Of a DNA stretch of 63,503 nucleotides, positions 15,218 through 23,046 are shown in pieces. Under the pieces are notes generated by a model. That model saw only the letters and a program-made list of their open reading frames with translations, made no database searches and had not been told where the DNA came from. Source of the stretch: Candidatus Omnitrophota bacterium (GTDB lineage Bacteria > Omnitrophota > Gorgyraeia > 1-14-0-20-64-10); the NCBI GenBank assembly GCA_016177405.1, contig JACOVG010000009.1, positions 1 to 63,503 of the forward strand. The letters are read 5' to 3'. The first letter of the stretch is position 1, and every line of letters begins with the position of its first letter. A program made the translations under genes and the position numbers.

Positions 15218-16846
15218 ATGAGTTACCTTATCTTCGCGCGCAAATACAGGCCGCAGACCTTCAGCGAGATCCTGGGCCAGGAGACGATTGTCACCACCCT
15301 GACCAACACGATCCGGCAGGGAAGGATCGGCCAGGCCTACCTCTTTGCCGGGCCGCGCGGCACCGGCAAAACCTCCACCGCCCGGATCTTCTCCAAGGGG
15401 TTGAACTGCGTCAAGGGGCCTTCCCCCAAGCCCTGCCTCAAGTGCGGGCGCTGTCAGGAGATCGCCGAGGGGCGCTCCCTGGACGTTCTGGAGATCGACG
15501 GCGCCTCCAACCGGGGGATCGACCAGATCCGGGCCCTGCGGGAGCTGGCCAAATTCACCCCGGCCGCCGGCACCCACAAGATTTACATCATCGACGAGGT
15601 TCATCAGATCACCGCCGAGGGGTTCAACGCCCTCCTGAAGATTCTGGAGGAGCCGCCCCCCCACGTGGTCTTCATCCTGGCCACGACCGCGCCCCACAAG
15701 GTTCCGGCCACGATCCTCTCCCGGTGTCAGCGCTACGACTTCAGAAGACTCTCCAACCAGGTGATCCAGGAGAAGATCAAGGGGATCGCCCGCGAGGAGT
15801 CGCTTACCATCACGCCGGAGGCGGTCCTGGGCATCGCCCGGGCGGCGGGGGGAAGCCTCCGGGATGCCGAATCGATCTTGGACCAGGCGGCAAGCTTCAC
15901 CTCCGGGAAGATCCGCGAGGAAGACCTGCGCGCCCTTCTGGGGACCCTGGATGAAACCTCCTTTGCCCAGGCCCTGACCGCCATCCATAAGCACGACGCC
16001 CTGGCGCTCCTCAAGCAGGTGGCCGAGGCGGCCCACGCCGGGACCGATCTCGTCCAGTGGACCTTGGGGTTCCTGGGATACCTGCGCAACCTCCTGGTGG
16101 CCAAGGCCGGGGCAGGCCCCTTGGGCTTTGAGGATCTGGGCGAGGCCGGGATCGAAGAGATCCGGAAGCTGGCCGAATATTTCTCCATGGAAGAATTGAT
16201 GGTCATGATCCAGGTCGTGACCGCGACGGTAGGGACGATGCGGCCGGTCGGAGAGCCGAGGATCCCTTTGGAGATGGCCCTCATTCGCTTAAGCAGCGCG
16301 GATTCCCTGGTGCAGGTCTCCGAGCTTATCGCGCGGCTGGAGGAGATGGAGGGCCGGCTCAAGGGGCCTGGCGCGTCAGCGCCGCCGGTCGCGCCGGCTT
16401 CACCGGCCGCCCCGCCCAACCCCGCGCCGCCTTCCTCCGCCTCGCTGGATGAAATCCGCGCGGCCTGGCCCCGCCTGCTGGAGGAGATCCATAAAGAGAG
16501 GGCCTCGGTGGCGGCTTATCTGGACGCGGCGGCGCCCTTCGCTTTGCAGGTGGGAGATCCGTCCCAGCTCATCGTGGGTTTCCCCAAGGGCTTTGAGTTT
16601 CACCGGGACGCCCTGGACAAGCTCGAGACTCGCCAGCTTCTCCAGAAAACCCTGGAGCTCCTCACGGGGCTGAAGCTCGCGGTTATCTTCCGGATACAGG
16701 AGGGCTTGGCGCCGGTCAAGCGGGACCTGGAAGGGGAGGAAGCCGGCGCGCCCGAGGTCTCCTCAAGCCAGCCCCCGCCCGATCCGTCGTTCCTCAAATC
16801 GGTGACCGAGCTCTTTGAGGGGCGGGTCCTTCCCGGGGAGGGCTAA
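15218..16846 (+). CDS. dnaX: DNA polymerase III subunit gamma/tau
   Basis: ARKYRPQTFSEILGQE, GPRGTGKTS Walker A, CLKCGRCQEI zinc module, IIDEVH. Confidence 0.9.
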   Translation: MSYLIFARKYRPQTFSEILGQETIVTTLTNTIRQGRIGQAYLFAGPRGTGKTSTARIFSKGLNCVKGPSPKPCLKCGRCQEIAEGRSLDVLEIDGASNRGIDQIRALRELAKFTPAAGTHKIYIIDEVHQITAEGFNALLKILEEPPPHVVFILATTAPHKVPATILSRCQRYDFRRLSNQVIQEKIKGIAREESLTITPEAVLGIARAAGGSLRDAESILDQAASFTSGKIREEDLRALLGTLDETSFAQALTAIHKHDALALLKQVAEAAHAGTDLVQWTLGFLGYLRNLLVAKAGAGPLGFEDLGEAGIEEIRKLAEYFSMEELMVMIQVVTATVGTMRPVGEPRIPLEMALIRLSSADSLVQVSELIARLEEMEGRLKGPGASAPPVAPASPAAPPNPAPPSSASLDEIRAAWPRLLEEIHKERASVAAYLDAAAPFALQVGDPSQLIVGFPKGFEFHRDALDKLETRQLLQKTLELLTGLKLAVIFRIQEGLAPVKRDLEGEEAGAPEVSSSQPPPDPSFLKSVTELFEGRVLPGEG

Positions 16847-16849
16847 GCG

Positions 16850-17452
16850 ATGCGCGGCCTGACCGCCTCGATGGAGGCGCTGTTGAAAGCCCTCAACAAA
16901 CTGCCCGGGGTGGGGCCTCGCACCGCGGAGCGATTCGCCTTTTTCCTGCTGACCCAGCCGGGGACCTTCGCCAAGGAGCTGGCCGAGGCGATCCTGAAGG
17001 TCAAGGAGACGATCGGCTTCTGCCGCGTCTGCTTTAACCTGGCCGACGAAGAGCTCTGCGCGATCTGCCGGGATCCTGCGCGGGACAAATCCATCCTCTG
17101 CGTGGTGGAGCACCCCCGCAGCATCATCGCGATGGAAAAATCGGGCGGGTTCAAAGGGATCTACCATGTCCTGCTGGGGGTCCTTTCGCCGCTGGATGGC
17201 GTGGGGCCCAAGGAGCTCAAGATCCACGAGCTCAAGTCCCGGCTCAAGGCGGGAGAAATCCGGGAGGTGATCCTGGCCACCGACACCGACCTGGAAGGGG
17301 AGGCCACCGCGCTGTATCTTTCCAGGGAGCTCAAGGGATTGGCGGCCGTCTCCCGGCTGGCGGCGGGACTGCCGATGGGCTCCTCCGTCGAATTCTCCGA
17401 CCAGGTCACGCTGGGCCGTGCCCTGGAAGGCCGCCGGCAAGTCGCCGGCTGA
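16850..17452 (+). CDS. recR: recombination protein RecR
   Basis: LPGVGPRTAERFAFFLL helix-hairpin-helix, CRVCFNL..CAIC zinc finger, Toprim-like VILATDTDLEGEATA. Confidence 0.9.
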   Translation: MRGLTASMEALLKALNKLPGVGPRTAERFAFFLLTQPGTFAKELAEAILKVKETIGFCRVCFNLADEELCAICRDPARDKSILCVVEHPRSIIAMEKSGGFKGIYHVLLGVLSPLDGVGPKELKIHELKSRLKAGEIREVILATDTDLEGEATALYLSRELKGLAAVSRLAAGLPMGSSVEFSDQVTLGRALEGRRQVAG

Positions 17453-17455
17453 ACC

Positions 17456-20269
17456 TTGCCCAAGGAAACCGACCCCCGCCGCTTCTTGGATCCCGCCCTG
17501 CGGCGGGATGTCCGCTTTCTGACCTCCCTGCTGGGCGACATCATCCGCGAGCAGGAGGGCCCAGCCCTCTTCCGCCTCATCGAAAAAATTCGCAAGCTCG
17601 CCAAGGCGAGCCGGGCCGAGGGCGCGGCCCAATCCGCCCAAGCGCTGAAGCGGGTGATCCAGGGGCTTGCCTTTGACACCGCCTTCAAGGTGGCCCGGGC
17701 CTTCACCCTCTATTTTCAATTGGTGAACCTGGCCGAGGAGGCCCAACGGATCCGCCGCATCCTCTGGTACGAGTCCCAGCCCGGGCCGGGACTGGCCATG
17801 TCTTTTTCCTGGACGGCCCACCGGCTGAAGGCCCAGCGCCCGCGGCCGCGGGAGATCTTCCGGCGATGGGCCCAGTGCGAGGTGACCCCTGTTTTGACGG
17901 CGCATCCCACCGAGGTCCGAAGGCGGACGACCCTGGACCATCTGGCGGACATCGCCGCCGCCCTTCAGGCGCGCGACGAGCGCGCGATCCGGCAGACCCT
18001 GGAGATTCTCTGGGCCACTCACGAGACCCGCCGGAGGAAGCTCACCGTGGCCGACGAGGTCTCGCAAAACCTCTTCTTTGTGGAGCGGACGATCCTGGGG
18101 ATTGTCCCAGGCCTATACGAGCGCTTAACCCAGTTGACCGGGCTTCTTAAACCGCGCCGGCCGCTGCGCCGGGGCGCGTGGCGGCGCTTCCTTCAGCGCC
18201 GGCCGGTCCGCCTACCCGCCTTCCTTAAATTCGGCTCCTGGGTGGGAGGGGACCGGGACGGCAATCCGAACGTCACCCCGCGGGTGAGCTGGGAGACGGC
18301 CCAGGCTCACCGCAGGGTTATCCTGGGCTTCTACCGCAAGCGCCTGGAGGGATTGATCCGGCGCTTCAGCCAGGCCGCCCCCTACCTGCCTGCCTCTCGA
18401 AAATTGGAGCTGTCGCTGGCGCAGGACCGGCGCCAGCTTAAGGCGGCAGCCCGATTGCTGGCCCGGTACGAGGCCGCCGAGCTTTACCGCAAGAAGCTCT
18501 CCTTCATCCATACCCGGCTCGCGCGGACGGCCCACGGGCGGCCCGGCGGCTATCCCTCCCCGGTGGAGCTGGCCCAGGAGCTCAAGCTCGTCCGTGACAG
18601 TCTTGCCCGCTCGGGCAGCCGCTATGCCGTCCTGGAGCTGGAGGGGTTGATCCGCCAGGTGGAAACCTTCGGCTTTCATCTGGTCCACCTGGAGTTTCGC
18701 GACCACCGGGACCGGGTGATTCAGGCGGCCGGGGAGCTCCTTCCCAAACTCCTGAAGCGAAGGATCCTCTACGACGCCCTCCCGGAAAGGGAGCGCCGGC
18801 GGGTTCTTCACCGGGCCCTGGCCCTGCCCGAGCTTGCCGGCCGGCTCTCCCTTCAGGGATTGTCGCCGGTTGCCAGGGATCTCGTGGGCCAATTTCAGAC
18901 GATGGCCCGGATTCAGCAGGAGCTCGACCCGGCCCTGGCCAGGACCTATCTCTTAAGCATGACCCGCGCCCCCAGCGACCCGCTGGCCGTGCTCCTCTTG
19001 GCCCGCCTGGCCGGGCTCGTTGGCCCCCTCTCGGGGCGGGGCGCCTCCTGGGCCCGGTTGGACGTGGTCCCGCTGTTGGAAACGATCCCGGACCTGGAGC
19101 ACGCCCGGAAGATGATGACCGAGCTCTGGTCCGACCCATGCTACCGGCGCTATCTGGCCGGCCGCCGCCAACGCCAGGAGGTGATGCTGGGTTACTCCGA
19201 CTCCAACAAGGACGGCGGCTACCTCGCGGCCAACTGGGCCTTGTATCAGGCCCAGGCCGAGCTTGCCCGCCTGGCCAAGCGCCGCGGCATCCGGCTGGTC
19301 CTCTTTCACGGCAAGGGGGGGACGATTGACCGGGGAGGGGGAGTCAGCCACCGGGCCATCGTGGCCCAGCCCTTCGCGGCCCCGGGCGGCCGCATCAAGA
19401 TCACCGAGCAGGGCGAGGTGGTGGCCGCCAAGTACAGCCATCCGGTGATCGCCCGGCGCAACCTGGAACAGCTGGTCAGCGGCGTATTCCTCGCCTGCGC
19501 CCATGCCGGAGCCGGCCGGCCGCCCACGGCCAGATTCAGGCGCTGGGAGGCGATCATGCGGGAGCTGGCCCACGCCTCCGAGTGGGCCTACCGTTCCCTG
19601 GTCTTCGAGAACACCGATTTCCCGCGCTATTACGCCCAGGCCACGCCGATTCGTTTTCTCCTGGCGCTTCCGGTGGCCGGCACGCGCCCGGGCCTGCGGC
19701 CGGGCGATTTCGCCTCTGGCGCGGCTTCGATTCCGCTCACCCGCCTGCGCGCGATCCCCTGGGTTTTCAGCTGGGTCCAGTGCCGGCAGCTGCTCTCGGC
19801 CTGGTACGGCATCGGCTCGGCCCTCGAGCAGTACAAGAAGCGCCGCGGCCGCGCCGGCTTTAAGGAGCTTATCCGGATGTCCAGGGAATGGCCCTTTGCC
19901 CGGGTCTTGTGGGAGAACGCCCAGGCCTCCCTGGCCAAGGCCGACTTCAGGATCGCCCGGCTCTACGCCGGATTGGTCGAGCCCCCGGAGCTGGGAGAAC
20001 GGCTCTTTTCCCAGATCCAGAAGGAATTCGCCAGGACGGTCCGGGGTATTTTGGAGGTCACCGGCTCCCGGGCCCTGCTGGAAGGCCAGCCGGTTCTGGC
20101 AAACTCCATCGTCCTAAGAAATCCCTACGTGGACCCCCTGCATGTCCTTCAGGTGCGGGCCTTAAGGGAGCTTAAAACGGCGCGGGGCCGGCAGGAGCAG
20201 GCCAGGTGGTCCCAGCTCGCGGGGCTGACCATCCACGGCATCGCCTACGGCATGAAATCCACGGGGTAG
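17456..20269 (+). CDS. ppc: phosphoenolpyruvate carboxylase
   Basis: 937 aa, TTG start. VLTAHPTE, GSWVGGDRDGNP, GYSDSNKDGG, FHGKGGTIDRGGG and C-terminal MKSTG. Confidence 0.9.
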   Translation: MPKETDPRRFLDPALRRDVRFLTSLLGDIIREQEGPALFRLIEKIRKLAKASRAEGAAQSAQALKRVIQGLAFDTAFKVARAFTLYFQLVNLAEEAQRIRRILWYESQPGPGLAMSFSWTAHRLKAQRPRPREIFRRWAQCEVTPVLTAHPTEVRRRTTLDHLADIAAALQARDERAIRQTLEILWATHETRRRKLTVADEVSQNLFFVERTILGIVPGLYERLTQLTGLLKPRRPLRRGAWRRFLQRRPVRLPAFLKFGSWVGGDRDGNPNVTPRVSWETAQAHRRVILGFYRKRLEGLIRRFSQAAPYLPASRKLELSLAQDRRQLKAAARLLARYEAAELYRKKLSFIHTRLARTAHGRPGGYPSPVELAQELKLVRDSLARSGSRYAVLELEGLIRQVETFGFHLVHLEFRDHRDRVIQAAGELLPKLLKRRILYDALPERERRRVLHRALALPELAGRLSLQGLSPVARDLVGQFQTMARIQQELDPALARTYLLSMTRAPSDPLAVLLLARLAGLVGPLSGRGASWARLDVVPLLETIPDLEHARKMMTELWSDPCYRRYLAGRRQRQEVMLGYSDSNKDGGYLAANWALYQAQAELARLAKRRGIRLVLFHGKGGTIDRGGGVSHRAIVAQPFAAPGGRIKITEQGEVVAAKYSHPVIARRNLEQLVSGVFLACAHAGAGRPPTARFRRWEAIMRELAHASEWAYRSLVFENTDFPRYYAQATPIRFLLALPVAGTRPGLRPGDFASGAASIPLTRLRAIPWVFSWVQCRQLLSAWYGIGSALEQYKKRRGRAGFKELIRMSREWPFARVLWENAQASLAKADFRIARLYAGLVEPPELGERLFSQIQKEFARTVRGILEVTGSRALLEGQPVLANSIVLRNPYVDPLHVLQVRALRELKTARGRQEQARWSQLAGLTIHGIAYGMKSTG

Positions 20270-20349
20270 GGGAGATTTCCAGGTTTTTCAGCGCGGCTTG
20301 TGGTATAGTTACATTTGGGAGACTGTAAATAGTACAAGAAGCTACTCCT

Positions 20350-20928
20350 ATGCAAGAGCGGCGCGTATTTGTCCGGATCCCCGTCGGGATCGATCTGACC
20401 TACCAGGTCAACGAGGGGCTCACCCCTCCGCGGCTTGGGATCAGCGAGGATCTGTCCCTGGGGGGGATGCGCTTCCGGCCCTTAGAGAGGCTTGAGGCCG
20501 GGCAGAGGATTGCCGTCACCCTGGATTTCCCCAAGGTGGGCAAGGCGGTTTTAAATGGCCTGGTGGTTTGGTCCCGCGACCTCATGGGAAACTCTCCGGG
20601 CTATCAGGCGGGCCTTCGCTGGGATGAGATCAGCCCCTCGGACCAGACGCGCCTGAACGCCTTCATCGTGGAGCACGCCCGCCCCAAGGCCTCCCCGGAA
20701 GCCGCCGCCCTCGGCAAGGCCCCGGCAACCCTCAACTGGACCCGGGTCGCGGTTCTTAGCGCCGTGAGCTTTCTCCTGTGGCTTGCCATCGCTCGGGTCT
20801 GGACCAACGAAACCCGCTTTCGCATGGAGATCGATTCCCTCCGGCTGGCCAACCGGGTCTACGAGGAACTCGTCTCCTCGCTGGCCGGCTTTCCCCTGCG
20901 CCCCCTGTCCGACTTCACCCAGCCGTAG
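20350..20928 (+). CDS. PilZ-domain protein with C-terminal TM segment
   Basis: RRVFVRIP ... DLSLGGMRF (RxxxR / DxSxxG PilZ signature), then a hydrophobic helix. Confidence 0.65.
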   Translation: MQERRVFVRIPVGIDLTYQVNEGLTPPRLGISEDLSLGGMRFRPLERLEAGQRIAVTLDFPKVGKAVLNGLVVWSRDLMGNSPGYQAGLRWDEISPSDQTRLNAFIVEHARPKASPEAAALGKAPATLNWTRVAVLSAVSFLLWLAIARVWTNETRFRMEIDSLRLANRVYEELVSSLAGFPLRPLSDFTQP

Positions 20929-21049
20929 CTCCCCCCTCTTTTTGCCTATTGAGTTTCCTAAGGTAACGGTTTAGGTTTCTCATCTTCTTCGGGTGCCAGG
21001 TTTGACACCCACTCGGTTTGCCCTTACACTTGTATCGATTGTGGTTCAT

Positions 21050-21398
21050 TCCCCGGTAGCTCAGTTGGTAGAGCGGGTGACTGTACACGAAGTTAGCAGC
21101 CCCGGCCGGAAACGGCCGGGTGAAACAGCGAGTAAATTCAGGGAACCCCGCCAAGATTTGTGGCGGGCAATCCTGAGCCAAGCCCTGTCTTGTCATCCCC
21201 GCGTAGGCGGGGATCGGAAGTTGGGGAAGGTGCAGAGACTAGACACTCGCCACCTAAAGGTACAGACCGTCATTGCGAGCCCCGCAGGGGCGAAGCAATC
21301 TCGCTTGTGCCCATGGTGAAGGGATAGTCCTACCCCCTCGGTAACGAGGGAAGGTCGTAATCACCATGTCCCAGGTTCGAGTCCTGGCCGGGGAGCCA
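21050..21398 (+). tRNA. tRNA-Asn (anticodon GUU) interrupted by a group I intron in the anticodon loop
   Basis: Exon 1 is 21050-21084 (TCCCCGGTAGCTCAGTTGGTAGAGCGGGTGACTGT). Exon 2 is 21358-21398 (TAATCACCATGTCCCAGGTTCGAGTCCTGGCCGGGGAGCCA). Joined they give a canonical class I tRNA with loop CTGTTAA, close to my recollection of E. coli tRNA-Asn. Confidence 0.85.
21085..21357 (+). ncRNA. group I (IC3-like) self-splicing intron
   Basis: 273 nt. The 5' exon ends in U, which can form a U.G pair with intron GCAG (P1 CUGU/GCAG), and the intron ends in G. Core strings AAATTCAGGGAA, CAATCCTGAGCCAAGC and GGTGCAGAGACTAGAC..CCACCTAAAGG closely resemble my recollection of the Azoarcus tRNA-Ile intron. 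Confidence 0.8.
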
Positions 21399-21475
21399 TC
21401 TTTGAGGGTTGCCGTTTTGAGCGACCCCACGTTCGTCTAACGGGCGTCTTAAGGAACAAGCCAAAACACCAGAAA

Positions 21476-21931
21476 CTAATCGAAACAGAAGTGAACCTGA
21501 GGGTTTTCTTCCCGGATCATTCCTTGAATCACGCGGATAAGCTGTGAGGCGGCTTTGAGGGCGTTCTCCGCTTCCGTGAGGGTTCCAAAGGGGTCGGATT
21601 CGTAGAAGAAGATATTTCTCTTGCGCCGCATCTTTTCGAAGTGCTCCACCAGCGAGGCATAATCTCTCCCTAAATGCCGATGGGTCAGCTCCACGACCGT
21701 CCGGTGCTGGCCTCCGTCGGCGGGCAGGTATCCACTTGAGAAAAGAAGGGCCCGACCGGCCCGAAGCATCGCGTGATAGGCAATGGTCGCGGCCCATTCC
21801 GGATCCTTTGCCAGGAGCATTTGTGCCGTATCCAAGTCCTTCTTTGCCCGGACGATCTGTTTTTCGATTTGCTTGAAATTGACCCGCTGGCGCTTGAGCA
21901 GGCCTTTCTTGAGATATGCTTCAAATGGCAT
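21476..21931 (-). CDS. HEPN-domain toxin-like protein
   Basis: 151 aa, all-helical. Overlaps the MNT gene by 11 nt. Layout and size typical of HEPN partners of minimal nucleotidyltransferases. Confidence 0.6.
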   Translation of the reverse strand: MPFEAYLKKGLLKRQRVNFKQIEKQIVRAKKDLDTAQMLLAKDPEWAATIAYHAMLRAGRALLFSSGYLPADGGQHRTVVELTHRHLGRDYASLVEHFEKMRRKRNIFFYESDPFGTLTEAENALKAASQLIRVIQGMIREENPQVHFCFD

Positions 21932-22487
21932 AGGGGTCCCCTTTCAAGAGGATCTTACTGTCGGTCAGCACCTCCTCCAGGAAGGGGTCGCCTTTGTTTC
22001 GTTTCTGGCGGTATTCGTCTTCGCTGTACAACTTATAGTTAATCTCCCGTTGGAACTTCTTCTCAAGGCGGGCGATTTCCCTGATCAGTCTGTTCTCCAC
22101 GTGGGATTTTCCAACGATCAACAGATCGATGTCAGAATCCTTCCGCTGGCTGCCCTTTGCGAAGGAGCCGTAAATCAAAGCCGTCTTCACCTCGGGGAGC
22201 CGTTTGACCATCTCCCGCAGGACCCCTTCCACGCCGGACGTCTTGGCGACGATCCTTTTGAGTTCAGGGTAAAGAGGGTGGCGGGTATCTGCCTGAAAGA
22301 AGCGGGCGTGGCCCCGGTATTCGCTCTTGAGGAGCCCTTCTTCCACCAAAGCGTTCAGGGTGCGTTGAAAAACCCCGGGTTTTTTGCCCAGAATTCTCCC
22401 CGCCTCTTGCATGTAAAAGGATTTTTTAGGGTTCGTGTAGAACAATCCGAGCAGAAGGAGCCGGTTTGGGCTTAAGAGTTGTTTCAT
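21921..22487 (-). CDS. minimal nucleotidyltransferase (MNT) with N-terminal winged-helix domain
   Basis: IYGSFAKGSQRKDSDIDLLIVG (GSx10-DxD NTase signature). N-terminal wHTH-like FYMQEAGRILGKKPGVFQRTLNALVEEGLL. Start moved to MKQLL (ATG at 22487). Confidence 0.7.
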   Translation of the reverse strand: MKQLLSPNRLLLLGLFYTNPKKSFYMQEAGRILGKKPGVFQRTLNALVEEGLLKSEYRGHARFFQADTRHPLYPELKRIVAKTSGVEGVLREMVKRLPEVKTALIYGSFAKGSQRKDSDIDLLIVGKSHVENRLIREIARLEKKFQREINYKLYSEDEYRQKRNKGDPFLEEVLTDSKILLKGDPYAI

Positions 22488-22515
22488 CGGATCTGCATAC
22501 GATTGTATGCGGATC
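22488..22515. promoter_or_regulatory. 11-bp inverted repeat abutting the MNT start codon (candidate operator)
   Basis: GATCTGCATAC-gatt-GTATGCGGATC, 10 of 11 positions complementary. Confidence 0.3.
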
Positions 22516-22793
22516 ACATAGATTTGCAAGGGAATTGCTCCGCGCTCTTATTCGGGCTGCCGCTGTCTGGCCTTCCGGCGCTGGTCCTTTACCGCCCGCC
22601 TCGCCGCCCCTCTTTTATCCCCGGCCCCAAGGAGGCGCCTCCAGACCAGCCACGATTTTGCGTGGGACGGGCGCACCTGCCGCCGCCCAGGTGCGCCCGG
22701 AACACGCGACAGGCTCGCTCCAAGTCCACCTTTTCTCGGGGAGAAAAGGAGAACTCGGCGGTCTGAAGTTTTGTTACAATTAATGCAACCCCG

Positions 22794-22967
22794 ATGAAGA
22801 CAAACACGCAATTTCTGACGCCAAACGAACTTTCCCTCATCCTTAAGCTGCATCCCTTACCGTCACCCATCTTGCCCACGAAGGCAAAGCTACGGCGCGC
22901 CGGGAAGCACTTCGGGAGTGTACGCGTCTTGATGTGGAGATTGCGCGCCTGCGCGCGGCTACGGTAA
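22794..22967 (+). CDS. possible 57-aa ORF upstream of the RT (weak HTH-like LTPNELSLILKL)
   Basis: ATG at 22794, TAA at 22965-22967; below the ORF-track cutoff. Coding status is uncertain and it may instead belong to a structured leader RNA. Confidence 0.2.
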   Translation: MKTNTQFLTPNELSLILKLHPLPSPILPTKAKLRRAGKHFGSVRVLMWRLRACARLR

Positions 22968-23046
22968 AGCAGATGGTACGGAAGATCGAAATGAATCTCG
23001 AGATCAAACGCATCGCGGCGGACCTTGTGTCTCTGAAGGGGCGGCT

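Noticed and set aside
16846-16850. Absence of ybaB/ebfC between dnaX and recR
   Set aside because: The usual dnaX-ybaB-recR order is missing its middle gene, with only a 3-nt gap here. Gene-order variation of this kind is common, and ybaB may be elsewhere in the genome.
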